DNA of 64,000 bases from Verrucomicrobiota bacterium (GTDB taxonomy: Bacteria > Verrucomicrobiota > Verrucomicrobiia > Opitutales > Cerasicoccaceae). Position numbers and translations under genes: made by a program. Where the stretch lies: assembly GCA_039818205.1 (NCBI GenBank), contig JBCBUK010000008.1, positions 1 through 64,000 on the forward strand, given 5' to 3'. Within the stretch, counting starts at the first letter, position 1; each line of letters begins with the position of its first letter. Shown here in pieces: positions 30,371 through 40,105 of the stretch. The notes under the pieces were generated by a model. That model did no database searches. It saw only the letters and a list, made by a program, of their open reading frames with translations, and was not told the origin of the DNA.

Positions 30371-30622
30371 CTAATCCTGGGGCGATTCGGCGTCATTCCC
30401 GTCATTAGGATGTGCACCGTCCTGCCGCAGTTGTTGTATTTTCAGTTCAGCGTTAGATAGTTTCGAGTTGCAGTGTTTAATGAGTTTACTGCCTTCTTCG
30501 TATTTTTCAACAAGTTCGTTCAGGGGAATGTCGCCAGCTTCTAGGGCGTCCACCAACACCTCCAGACGCGCTAGTGCGTCCTCGAATGCGATGTTTTCCG
30601 TTTTGGCACGAGCTTGTCCCAT
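30371..30622 (-). CDS. xseB: Exodeoxyribonuclease VII small subunit
   Basis: FEDALARLE..V..LE.G.IPL......YEEG..L...C; upstream of dxs. Confidence 0.93.
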   Translation of the reverse strand: MGQARAKTENIAFEDALARLEVLVDALEAGDIPLNELVEKYEEGSKLIKHCNSKLSNAELKIQQLRQDGAHPNDGNDAESPQD

Positions 30623-30743
30623 TAAAAATATAGTTTGCGGTCAGCAAAACGTGTGCCGAAAGCCGAATTTCGTTTCAAGCGTAAAATCCTTAGGTCTTGA
30701 AGGACAAAGTTATACAGGATTGTAACAAAATGGGGGTTTGACC

Positions 30744-32276
30744 TTACTTTGGCAGGCGATCGTAGAGCCAAGCCAGCTCATTGAGATACCCCGCCACGTC
30801 GTATTTCAGTTGCTCGAGGTTATCTGGGTGGTAACGCCATTGCCAGTTTCCTTGGGCTTCGCCGGGTGTATTCATGCGGCACTCACCCCCCAGGTTGAGC
30901 ATGTCCTGAACGGTGACAATGGCCAGTTTGGACGGCGATCGGTAGCAAAGGCGGATGAAATCCCATTGTGGGGCTTCATCCCCAACGGTCAAATAACGTC
31001 TATAGAAATCGCGGACATGATCTCCCTCGGACCAATACCAGCCCAACGTGGTGTCATTGTCATGGGTGCCGGCATAAATCACACAATTCTTCTCGTGATT
31101 GTGTGGCAGGTAATTGTTGTCGGGCTCACCACCAAAGGCGAATTGCAGAATGGCCATACCCGGCAAACCGGTTTCCTCCCGCAGGACCTCAACTCCGGGA
31201 GAGAGGTCGCCCAGGTCTTCGGCAATGAGGCGGGCATCAGGCATGGCCGCCTTGACGGCCTCGAAGAATTCCAGTCCTGGACCGGGCATCCATTTGCCCG
31301 AGCGGGCATCTTTGGCTTTCGACGGAATGGACCAATAATCGTGGAAGCCACGGAAATGGTCGATTCTAACGACGTCGTAGAGCTTGAAATTGGCATTCAA
31401 GCGCTCAATCCACCACGCGTAGTTTGATTCCTTAAGCGCCTTCCAATCGAAGAGCGGGTTGCCCCAAAGCTGACCGAGGGGTGAGAAATAATCGGGCGGC
31501 ACACCCGCAACGGCGGAGGGTTTTCCGTCTTTGGTCAGTTGGAAAATTTCGGGATTCGACCAGGTATCAGCGCTGTCCATCGCGACAAAAATCGGAACGT
31601 CACCGATGATTTCGACATTTCGCTCATTTGCGTACCGATGCAGCGCATTCCACTGGCCAAAGAATAAATATTGATAGAAGCACTCGGCCGCGATTTCGTC
31701 TTCGAGCTTCGCTGGCAGGGGAGAATCTAGCCAGAGAGCATAGGAGCGGTATTTTTTGGCCCACTCAAACCACGGTTTTCCCTTGAAGTGGGCTTTGGTG
31801 GCCCGAAAAGCCGCATACGGCTTCAACCAAGAACCATTTTCAACGAGGAAATCGTTGTAGTGGCCGTAGTCGGCAAGGTTCTTGTCTTTGAGTTTTGCAA
31901 ATCGTTTAGCGGCGGTGGCCATGACCGGCCAAAACGCCTCGTACAAGGCTCCGTATTCGACATGGTCATATGGCAGCTCGCGCAGGGGCTGTAGTTCCTC
32001 GTGTTTGAGGAGGCCAAATTCGACCAAAGAATTAAGATCAATGAGGTAGGGGTTGCCGGCAAAGGCTGAGAAACACTGATAGGGAGAATCTCCAAATCCA
32101 GTGGGTCCTAGTGGGCAAATTTGCCAATACTTGAAACCGGCACCACTGAGAAAATCGATGAATTTTTTGGCTTCAGGGCCGAAATTGCCGATTCCCAGAT
32201 CGGAGGGGAAGGAGGTAGGGTGGAGTAATACTCCAGCCGCGCGCTGGTCTAGCCAGTTAAAAAGAGGAAGTGTCAT
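30744..32276 (-). CDS. malQ: 4-alpha-glucanotransferase (GH77)
   Basis: GVLLHPTS, SPYQCFSAFAGN, AGVPPDYFS..GQLWGNP, RIDHFRG, AEDLG, GTHDNDT. Confidence 0.97.
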   Translation of the reverse strand: MTLPLFNWLDQRAAGVLLHPTSFPSDLGIGNFGPEAKKFIDFLSGAGFKYWQICPLGPTGFGDSPYQCFSAFAGNPYLIDLNSLVEFGLLKHEELQPLRELPYDHVEYGALYEAFWPVMATAAKRFAKLKDKNLADYGHYNDFLVENGSWLKPYAAFRATKAHFKGKPWFEWAKKYRSYALWLDSPLPAKLEDEIAAECFYQYLFFGQWNALHRYANERNVEIIGDVPIFVAMDSADTWSNPEIFQLTKDGKPSAVAGVPPDYFSPLGQLWGNPLFDWKALKESNYAWWIERLNANFKLYDVVRIDHFRGFHDYWSIPSKAKDARSGKWMPGPGLEFFEAVKAAMPDARLIAEDLGDLSPGVEVLREETGLPGMAILQFAFGGEPDNNYLPHNHEKNCVIYAGTHDNDTTLGWYWSEGDHVRDFYRRYLTVGDEAPQWDFIRLCYRSPSKLAIVTVQDMLNLGGECRMNTPGEAQGNWQWRYHPDNLEQLKYDVAGYLNELAWLYDRLPK

Positions 32277-32440
32277 TTATATGAATAACGGGGATGCCAC
32301 GGTTTCCAGTTAAAAATCCAAACTGAAAGAGCATAATCCTCCTCTCGAAAAGGCGAGGCAAAAGATGAAAAACGCGCCATGTGACCTGCGCCAGCGTTTC
32401 ATCGCGTTAAACCGTCGGTTTTTCAGCCGAGTGTCGAATA

Positions 32441-33079
32441 TCAGCTCGGGGATAGTTGTTCGTCATTGAGAAGGATGAAATCGCAGCGTTCTCGAGGGTT
32501 GTCGCGTTCGAGATGGATCCGCTGGGCAGGAAAATATATCGTTTCGTAGTCGCGGCGAATGTCGTCCTCGGGCAATCCTTCCTGGTTGCGGGCAAGTGCT
32601 CGATCCATCGCGGTTTCGAAACTGCAATCGATCCAGATGGAATAATCGAACCGAAAGCGATCCTGCAGGAGGAATATTCCTTCAAAGAGGATGATGTCCG
32701 GCCGGTCAATTTGGTAGCGAAATTCGACCATTGGCTCCGCGTTAGTGGGGTCAGCATGTTGAGCGACCAAGTCGACCCGGCCCACCGTCCTCAAGGGGGC
32801 AAGTAGCTGCGATTGCATTTCTTCGAAACGAAAGCCGTTTTCGTAGAAGTGCCGGGCGGGATCTTCCGTGGAAAAGCGTTTACTTGGTGGCTGTAGCCAA
32901 CCATCAATTCCAATCAGTTCACAGCTAAGACCTGCGCTTCGAATGTGATCCGTTAGTTGCTGCCCGACATAGCCTTTACCGGAACCGTCGATACCGGATA
33001 GGGCTACGATGAAGGGAGCGTTTTTTTTGGACTTTTCGATCAGCGTGTGTGCGAGGCTTCTCATGGCGGTTGTAAGCAA
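32441..33079 (-). CDS. Uridine kinase-like P-loop protein
   Basis: Walker A SGIDGSGKG, ILFEGIFL, YFPAQRIH; start uncertain. Confidence 0.8.
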   Translation of the reverse strand: MLTTAMRSLAHTLIEKSKKNAPFIVALSGIDGSGKGYVGQQLTDHIRSAGLSCELIGIDGWLQPPSKRFSTEDPARHFYENGFRFEEMQSQLLAPLRTVGRVDLVAQHADPTNAEPMVEFRYQIDRPDIILFEGIFLLQDRFRFDYSIWIDCSFETAMDRALARNQEGLPEDDIRRDYETIYFPAQRIHLERDNPRERCDFILLNDEQLSPS

Positions 33080-33110
33080 GATTTAGCTGAGTAACGCCGA
33101 CACGCAAAAT

Positions 33111-33145
33111 GAAAAAAGCGGCCCGCACCAACGCGAGCCACTTTC
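33111..33145 (-). terminator. Intrinsic terminator for 33201-34526
   Basis: Minus strand AAAGTGGCTCGC-loop-GCGGGCCGCTTTTTT. Confidence 0.75.
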
Positions 33146-33200
33146 GTGAGTAAAGTTTGGAATATCTTTGCTGAATTTGAACTTCCGAAAACCGGTCTTC

Positions 33201-34526
33201 CTAAGGTTGGGAAACAACGACCTGGGTCGTTTTATTTAGGGCAACGCCAAAGACCGTATTGCCGGTCATGTTGCTTTTTGTGTTTGCGGTCGCGTAGGAG
33301 GTCGGCGTGGTGCTTGTATCACCCCAGAACGCCACGATTTTACCGTTAGGATGGGTGTTGTTGTGGTTGAAGCGGTTGTCTTTCACATGCGCATTTTCTG
33401 CAGCCCCTCCGGAGATCGCTACAACCATGTTGTCGTTTACGCCCAACGCATCACCGTCGAAGAGGTTGTCGGTGATGTAGATCCATTTGCAGTCATCGTT
33501 GCCATCATTGGCAAAGAATCCGGCAAGGAGAATGCCCATGTAGCCACCCATCTCCGCAATCGTGTTTTGGTTGACGACCATCGAGACACAGCGATTTTCA
33601 AGATGGACCGCCGCCGGAAAGCGTGAATCATCGGCTTGAGCTTGTGCCCAATGTCCGCCACGTAGGTCATTGTTTTCGATCAAGATTTTCTTAGTCCGCG
33701 AAAAGTCGAAGCTATAAAAAACCATTTGATCAAAAGTGCTATTCCCTAACCATCCGTAGTTTTTCCAGTCATTCACTGGACGGCTATTGGTGATTGGGTT
33801 TGTGCCGGTGCCAAAATCTATTGAATAGTTCAAGCCGTCTTCACCGTAGTCGACTGCGATGCCTTTGCGCATGTAAGACTCCGAGGTCCTTTTGAAGCGG
33901 CAGTTGTTGATCACGAAATATCCACCGTATGATGAGCTAGTATAAAGGGGTGCAGAACCATGACCAGATCCCATATACAAACCGGCCCAGCCCATGTTCT
34001 TAAACGTGCAACCATCAACGTACAGGTTCGGGAGAGACTTGCCTTCGGTGCAGTAGATGGCGCTTAAGCTTCCGTCACGTCCAGGTAGCCCAGTGCTCGG
34101 GACGATCGGCCGTTCATAGCCTTTGTCGATCGCAACATTAACGAGAGCGAGCCCCGACACGCCATCAGCGTGCACACCTTGCTTCGCCAGCTTGTTGCAA
34201 ATCATGGTTAGACCTTCAAAACGAACACCGTTCGCGGTGACGAAAAACATGGACGCAGTCGATGAACCAGTGCGGCGAATTCGAGTAACGCCCAGGCCAT
34301 CACCAATAATTTCGACGTCTTTGTTGATGACGAAACGACCATTATCGGTGTCGTAGGTGTGGTTGCCGTGGATACGGATAGTATCGAAGTTATTCAACAC
34401 TGAGAGGATGTTGTTCATCCGGGTGTCGAAGTCGTGGCCGGGCCATATGTCGTGGGTTGCGGCTCGCATGGGAAGGGCCAGTAGGCACGCGATTAGGGTA
34501 AGGGGTAGTGCACGAGTAATCTTCAT
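33201..34526 (-). CDS. Secreted right-handed parallel beta-helix protein (pectate-lyase-like fold)
   Basis: Signal peptide; IIGDG.G.TRI start and repeated N/D-rich beta-turn segments (VDGCTF, INNCRF, IENNDL, ITDNLF, VKDNRF). Confidence 0.75.
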   Translation of the reverse strand: MKITRALPLTLIACLLALPMRAATHDIWPGHDFDTRMNNILSVLNNFDTIRIHGNHTYDTDNGRFVINKDVEIIGDGLGVTRIRRTGSSTASMFFVTANGVRFEGLTMICNKLAKQGVHADGVSGLALVNVAIDKGYERPIVPSTGLPGRDGSLSAIYCTEGKSLPNLYVDGCTFKNMGWAGLYMGSGHGSAPLYTSSSYGGYFVINNCRFKRTSESYMRKGIAVDYGEDGLNYSIDFGTGTNPITNSRPVNDWKNYGWLGNSTFDQMVFYSFDFSRTKKILIENNDLRGGHWAQAQADDSRFPAAVHLENRCVSMVVNQNTIAEMGGYMGILLAGFFANDGNDDCKWIYITDNLFDGDALGVNDNMVVAISGGAAENAHVKDNRFNHNNTHPNGKIVAFWGDTSTTPTSYATANTKSNMTGNTVFGVALNKTTQVVVSQP

Positions 34527-34844
34527 GGATATACAAGAAGTAAGGGTATTGGGGATTGTCTGCAGCCGGAGGCAACAGGGTTTAGGGAACTATACAGAGA
34601 AATGACACCTGAGATAGCTTAGGCGCCAGGCATCATCTATTGCGGGTGTTTCGCAAGGGGTTGGGTTCTTAGAGGCAATGGCATTCAACCTAAAGGGATG
34701 AGTCGAATCCATTACTTCCTAGTTTGCCGAGTTCCTGGCCGTTTTGTACACTTGGCGTACAAAAAACACTCGATGCTCCAAAACCCCTGACGAACGATTG
34801 TACACCGTCGGCCTAAGCCAAATATTATGGCATAACCTTTCTAA

Positions 34845-36203
34845 CTAGACCCTGATATCCAAGTTGTACGGTGCACGCATTGGGCGTTTCATCATGCCCT
34901 TGGCTTTTTCGCTGCCGATGATAGTTTCTTTGGCGGCATCCCACTTTAAACTTTCTCCGGTGCGAATGCTGATATCGGTCAGGTGGCAAATGATGTCTGA
35001 ACGAACAGCGGATTCGAGTGTGGAAACCGGCTGTTTGCGTTCTTTGATGCACTTTACGAAATCGACTGGATGCCACTTACTTTCGACGAGGCGGTGATCC
35101 CCTGGATCTTTGGCTTTGCGACGGAGCTCAGGAGTCGAAGTCACCAGACCAGCACGCGAAACTGCAACCCAGCCTTCATCGCCCATGAACAAGGTGCAAT
35201 TCTTGAACTTTTCTAAGCGTTTCCGATCGGCTGCCGGCAGTGGAATTTTGCCTGGCTTGTCGGCGGTTATTGAGTCGAGGAAATGCATCTTCAAGCCATT
35301 GGCATACTTTGCTTGCATTTCCCAATTGGCGACGGTGTTAAAAAGTCCAGTTGAGGGCAGGGTGCCCGTTGCGGAATATTCCTCGGGGATGCCCAGATCT
35401 TCATAGTCTGCCCACCATTGGAGCTGATCCATCGGATGTGATCCCCAGCCGCCAATCATACCAATTGTATAATCATAGACAAAGTAGGTTCCCTTGGGTG
35501 GGCCATGCGGGCTGCAGCGATCTTCACTGAACGGCGCCTCAGGAGCCGGCCCGAGCCATAAGTCATAATCGAAGCCTTCGGGCACTGGCAAAACGGGTGT
35601 CGCAGAACCGCCTTTCGCGCCACTAGGAGCCCAAACATAAACGTCTTTGACTTCGCCAATGTGGCCGTTGAGCACGAGCTCGATGCCCATGCGCAAATGC
35701 TGCATGGAACGCTGCTGCGTGCCGTATTGGAATATGCGGTCGTATTTTTCGACAATCGCACGGGCCGCAAAGTCTTGCTCGATGCTGATGGCCAACGGCT
35801 TTTCGCAGTAAATGTCCTTACCAGCGCGGGCCGCCGCCAATGCAATGGGAACATGCCAATGGTCAGGGGTCACAATATGGACGGCGTCGATATCGTCGCG
35901 GGCAATCAAGTCACGGAAATCGTTATATATGTGCTCGGCATTCCATTCCTTGGCTTTTTCTTCCCGGCGCCATTTTACGGGGTCGCAGACTGCGATCAGT
36001 TGCGACTCTTTGACCATGTTATATTCATTAGCGACTCCCGAACGTCGACCACAACCAATGGCGCCAACGTAAATACGGTTACTCGGGGCAACGGCGCCAT
36101 CTTTGCCCAGGGCGCTCGCTGGAATCACCGTAGGGAATCCGATGAGCGCGGAAGCACCAAGGCTTGTTTTCAGGAACTGGCGACGAGACTGCTTATTCTT
36201 CAT
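34845..36203 (-). CDS. Tat-exported Gfo/Idh/MocA oxidoreductase
   Basis: SRRQFLK Tat motif, [29 protein letters not shown]. Confidence 0.93.
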   Translation of the reverse strand: MKNKQSRRQFLKTSLGASALIGFPTVIPASALGKDGAVAPSNRIYVGAIGCGRRSGVANEYNMVKESQLIAVCDPVKWRREEKAKEWNAEHIYNDFRDLIARDDIDAVHIVTPDHWHVPIALAAARAGKDIYCEKPLAISIEQDFAARAIVEKYDRIFQYGTQQRSMQHLRMGIELVLNGHIGEVKDVYVWAPSGAKGGSATPVLPVPEGFDYDLWLGPAPEAPFSEDRCSPHGPPKGTYFVYDYTIGMIGGWGSHPMDQLQWWADYEDLGIPEEYSATGTLPSTGLFNTVANWEMQAKYANGLKMHFLDSITADKPGKIPLPAADRKRLEKFKNCTLFMGDEGWVAVSRAGLVTSTPELRRKAKDPGDHRLVESKWHPVDFVKCIKERKQPVSTLESAVRSDIICHLTDISIRTGESLKWDAAKETIIGSEKAKGMMKRPMRAPYNLDIRV

Positions 36204-36455
36204 TGGTAGTTTTCTATCAAATTTATCCCGGGAAAAAACCTATCCCTTAGGATAGTCGTTTCGCACCGAGGTTCTCGCTCGAAGGCTTGAGGCCCGATCA
36301 TTGTAGCTCAAAACCTAGAAAACGGCGTTCAATATTCGCCACGGAGGATTGTGCACACCATGGGCAATTTCTAAGACGTTTGGCTTAGAATTGAATTCTG
36401 AACATCAGATAGCTGAAATGCTCATTTTGGCGCTATTAATCTAAAACCCATCCCT

Positions 36456-36483
36456 AAAGCGCACAATATACATTATGTCTAAT
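36456..36483 (+). other. Candidate XerC/XerD recombination (dif) site
   Basis: AAAGCGCACAA-TATACA-TTATGTCTAAT versus E. coli dif GGTGCGCATAA-TGTATA-TTATGTTAAAT; 11-6-11 layout, intergenic. Confidence 0.7.
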
Positions 36484-36611
36484 TTAGAGCTGGGCGGAAA
36501 TATGGCGTAAATACGGGCTTTCAGGATGCTTGGCCTGATGATTCTGCGATTTGCCACCCCGCTCGCAGATTTCTCTTTGCACGTTCGTTGGTTGGTGAGC
36601 AAATTGCTCTT

Positions 36612-37910
36612 ATGGCTGCTATGGGGAGATTTTCCATGTTATTGGGTGTGGTCGTGTCATTTGCGCTAGTTTGTCTTACCGGATGTTCTTCCGGCAAATT
36701 TCAGCAAAGTATGATGCGCGCTCCATTGGTATATCAGGATGGCGAATTGAGCGGATTGAGTAAGGTCGCTCCCGCGGAGTCGTTGCCCTATTCTGGGTTG
36801 CTCTATGCGACGAACCGAAATCCGGGACCAGCCATCGAAGATCCAGAGAACGAGACGCTCTTTTACGACAGTAACAGCGATGGTGTCGTTCGAGTCGGGA
36901 TTGCGGATATCGAACTTGTTGATTCTGATCTCGATTGGTTGGAGGTCCGGGAAACTAGCCTATCGGATGAGCGCGAAGACGACCTGGTGATTGAGGTCGC
37001 ATCCGTGGAGGAACTCGGTGTCCTGACGAATACCTTTCATCCGTTTATGTCTCAGACGGATAAGGACCAGCCGGTTGCGGATTCCGCCTTTGCAGAATTG
37101 ATCAATGCTCAGCTATCCGTTTCGGGTCAGCAGGAAATTCTCGTCTATATAGGTGGTTATCGGGCTCCGTTTGACTCGCCGGTGCTGGTTTGCACCGAAT
37201 TTTGGCACTTTCTCGGTTACGACGGTGTTGCTATTGCCTTCGCTTGGCCGTCTACACCCAGTCTCTGGGCGTATTTGCGCGATATTGAGGCCGCAGACAA
37301 TGCCTCTCGGGAGTTTCGTTTGTTTCTCGAATACCTGTCGGACCACACCGATGCTGAGCGGATCAATATTCTCTCCTACAGTGCCGGTACTCGGATGGTG
37401 GTTGAGAGCCTACAGGAGATCTCACTGAAGCCCGCCGATGCCGATTTGCGCATTGGCCGGGTGATCCTTGTTGGCAGCGATGTCAGCCGTGCCAAAATCG
37501 GAGCCCTCCTTGCCGACGGAGTTCTTGAGCACATCGATACGCTTGCGGTTTACCTTTCCGGGCGTGATCAGGCGCTTCAATTTACGGATTGGCTCTTTGA
37601 TCGGGATCGCATCGGTTCAATTCGAGAAGATGAAACGCCGCGACCACAATCTTTGGCGTTCCTAAAGGCACATCCTAATGTGGAGCTGATCGATGTTAGT
37701 GACGCCGAGTACGCATCTCTTGGTAGTGGGCACCACTACTTTCGCGACAGCCCGTGGACCAGCAGCGACATTTTTGCGAGTTTGGAGTTTGATCTGGCAC
37801 CACGCGACCGCGGCTTGCGATTGAATCCGAACAATGGGCGCTGGGAGTTTCCGGTCGATTACCCTGCCCGGCTTTTGTCGTTGTTAAAAATTCGCACCGA
37901 TTCCAATTGA
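36612..37910 (+). CDS. DUF900-type alpha/beta hydrolase lipoprotein
   Basis: Lipobox LTG-C, YATNR, FAWPS, nucleophile-elbow SYSAG, GHHYF; start uncertain. Confidence 0.85.
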   Translation: MAAMGRFSMLLGVVVSFALVCLTGCSSGKFQQSMMRAPLVYQDGELSGLSKVAPAESLPYSGLLYATNRNPGPAIEDPENETLFYDSNSDGVVRVGIADIELVDSDLDWLEVRETSLSDEREDDLVIEVASVEELGVLTNTFHPFMSQTDKDQPVADSAFAELINAQLSVSGQQEILVYIGGYRAPFDSPVLVCTEFWHFLGYDGVAIAFAWPSTPSLWAYLRDIEAADNASREFRLFLEYLSDHTDAERINILSYSAGTRMVVESLQEISLKPADADLRIGRVILVGSDVSRAKIGALLADGVLEHIDTLAVYLSGRDQALQFTDWLFDRDRIGSIREDETPRPQSLAFLKAHPNVELIDVSDAEYASLGSGHHYFRDSPWTSSDIFASLEFDLAPRDRGLRLNPNNGRWEFPVDYPARLLSLLKIRTDSN

Positions 37911-38025
37911 ACCAGCAACGCCCGCTGTGAGCATTGGCTTGGTAGTCACATGATTGCTCCAAAAATACCTTAGTTCTCGCTGGTTATTGTGAGTATTTTG
38001 GTTATGTTTAATTCAATCTGATATT

Positions 38026-38041
38026 TGTTCGCTCGCGAACA
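38026..38041. promoter_or_regulatory. Perfect inverted repeat, putative operator
   Basis: TGTTCGC-tc-GCGAACA ending 8 nt before ATG 38050. Confidence 0.4.
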
Positions 38042-38049
38042 GAACGCTG

Positions 38050-39519
38050 ATGCTACTACGATCCACCAGTCTTTTATGGACCCTGCTCTTAAGTATTGTG
38101 TGCGCTGATGCAGCTCCGTTTTCGGTAAAAAGCACCGCGGAGATCCGGGCCGACGCCATGGCAGATTGGGCCGATATCTCGGTATTGCATAACGATCCCG
38201 TCAACTCGGGCACGACGGTCGCAACGGGCACGGATTTCCCATCCGTTCAAGTGACTGGCTTAAACCCAGGTTCGCTCAGTATTTCCAATGATGGTAGTCT
38301 AGCGATTCCGGGCCCACTGCTTGCAGCGGCGTCTGGAAGCTTTCTGCAACTGGATCTCCTTTCGGTGCCTGCGCAAGGATTGGCGACCACGGCAGTTGCT
38401 TTCGATTTCCCGGCGAGCTTCGTTTTCCGTTTTGAACTCGCTTCCGGGGCATTTATTGAACGCACGATTTCGGCCGAAACAGAAGTCGCTGTTTTTTGCG
38501 GTCTGATTGCGCCGGCTGACGGCGTTGTTGGGGTAAACATCAATTGCCAGGATGGCTCGGGTGACCCCTTGGGCTTCGCAATCGACAACCTGCTCCTACA
38601 GATGGAGCTGATCGATCCGCTGGTTCCCGATAGCGTCGCCCTCGTGGAGATTGCACCAGTCGATACCTATTTGCACCGCGGGTTGGATATACGGAGTCGG
38701 ACTCCCGGCACGGAAACCGCAGTTGAGGATCACGACAACGCTTACGATTTGCTGGAGCTTTTTCCCACGCTGAAGGCCGGTGACATCCTCATGATGGAGC
38801 GGCAAGGTGTCTCGCTGATTAATGGCCGGGTCAACCAATTGCTCGGGGTCATGATGGAAACCGAGGTGCTGCTCGGTAGTGAGGAGTTTCAACGCCTGCC
38901 AGGCGCCCTGCCCGCTGGAACGGGTTTTTACTCCTCGAGTGTCGAAAACCAGTCGTTGGGATTCGCGACTCCCACCAACATTCGGCAGGACTTTCTGATC
39001 ACCAGCCAATCGTCGCTTCTAGTGCCGGTTGGTGCCCGTTACGTTTTCTTTTCCAAAGCGACTCCTGATCCGGGTGGCGCGCCATTGTCGGTTCGGATCA
39101 GCCATATCCCCTTTGATTCGTTACAGGCCTGGCTGGACCAGTTTGGCCTTGTTGGTGCAAATGCGGAACTTGATAGCGATCTGGATGGCGATGGCCTTCG
39201 GTTACTGGAGGAATTTGCCTTCAACCACGATCCGACGCAGGCAGATCGCGCCGCGAAGAGTTTTGCATTTGCTCCAAATGGATTCTTGAGCGGCGACCGG
39301 CTACGCCTTGCTTTCGGAGCGCGTACCGATGTTCCGCTACGCTTCTTTGCCGAGTTTTCTGACGATTTGCAGGACTGGGACCGAGGCGCAGAGATCAATG
39401 TCCTCCTATTAGACGATTCCGGGTTGGGGCGAGCCGTATTTGCCGTCGATGACCCCAATCCTGGCCCTTCCCGCTTCGGTCGTATCATCGTTGAAGACGC
39501 TTCCAGTGAAAGCCTTTAA
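38050..39519 (+). CDS. Secreted multi-domain protein with verrucomicrobial-type C-terminal domain
   Basis: Signal peptide; C-terminal W...DLDGDG..LLEEFAF..DP...EFSDDLQDW...RFGRIIV pattern. Confidence 0.8.
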   Translation: MLLRSTSLLWTLLLSIVCADAAPFSVKSTAEIRADAMADWADISVLHNDPVNSGTTVATGTDFPSVQVTGLNPGSLSISNDGSLAIPGPLLAAASGSFLQLDLLSVPAQGLATTAVAFDFPASFVFRFELASGAFIERTISAETEVAVFCGLIAPADGVVGVNINCQDGSGDPLGFAIDNLLLQMELIDPLVPDSVALVEIAPVDTYLHRGLDIRSRTPGTETAVEDHDNAYDLLELFPTLKAGDILMMERQGVSLINGRVNQLLGVMMETEVLLGSEEFQRLPGALPAGTGFYSSSVENQSLGFATPTNIRQDFLITSQSSLLVPVGARYVFFSKATPDPGGAPLSVRISHIPFDSLQAWLDQFGLVGANAELDSDLDGDGLRLLEEFAFNHDPTQADRAAKSFAFAPNGFLSGDRLRLAFGARTDVPLRFFAEFSDDLQDWDRGAEINVLLLDDSGLGRAVFAVDDPNPGPSRFGRIIVEDASSESL

Positions 39520-39534
39520 AATCTACCAAACATC

Positions 39535-40101
39535 ATGAAACTAATCCAACGCTTCACGCTTTTCATCGCCCTGCTCTTGCCGCTGGCGGGCTACACACAA
39601 ACCCAATATTTTCTTTTTTCTAGCCAGACGGATCTTCTTAGCGGAGAGTCCACTTTTGCGCCGCTAGCTGGTGAAAAGCCCGTTGATGTTTTGTCGTTCT
39701 CCTTCGGTGGGTTTAATGCTGTTAGCGTAAATTCTTTCGGTATCGACGTTGACGGTCCACAGTTTCAACCGCTCGAATTTCTAATAGAGACGGATAGCAA
39801 AACCCTTCCCCAGGCATTAAGACTTTTGGCCGACAATACCGTGTTGAACAAAGTAACCCTTGAGGGCTACACGGAGAGTCTTGATGGTTTCGCCCCAATC
39901 CTGAGAATCGAACTGGAGAATGTGGTCGTTGCTTCATTAACCCTTGAGGGTACCGATGGCGACCGAGGTGTATTTACACTGAGCCTAGAATGGGGACAGA
40001 TAACCATGACTACTTGGTCAATTGACTCAACCACGGGCGATTTTACAGCGAATCCGTCGGTTACCTTCGATCGGGTCAAAGGCATTCTAGTAGAAGATTA
40101 G
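39535..40101 (+). CDS. Hcp-like (T6SS tube fold) protein with N-terminal signal peptide
   Basis: GES....VDVLSFSFG...FQPLEF...DS..P........KVTL...LRIELENVVVAS......LSLEWGQI...G.....FD matches the Hcp1 pattern; hydrophobic N-terminus RFTLFIALLLPLAGYT. Confidence 0.72.
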   Translation: MKLIQRFTLFIALLLPLAGYTQTQYFLFSSQTDLLSGESTFAPLAGEKPVDVLSFSFGGFNAVSVNSFGIDVDGPQFQPLEFLIETDSKTLPQALRLLADNTVLNKVTLEGYTESLDGFAPILRIELENVVVASLTLEGTDGDRGVFTLSLEWGQITMTTWSIDSTTGDFTANPSVTFDRVKGILVED

Positions 40102-40105
40102 TGAG

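Noticed and set aside
37985..38012. Second dif-like site (TTATGTTTAAT)
   Set aside because: Only a XerD-like arm; the preceding 17 nt do not resemble a XerC arm and spacer, so a dif-cassette array is not supported.
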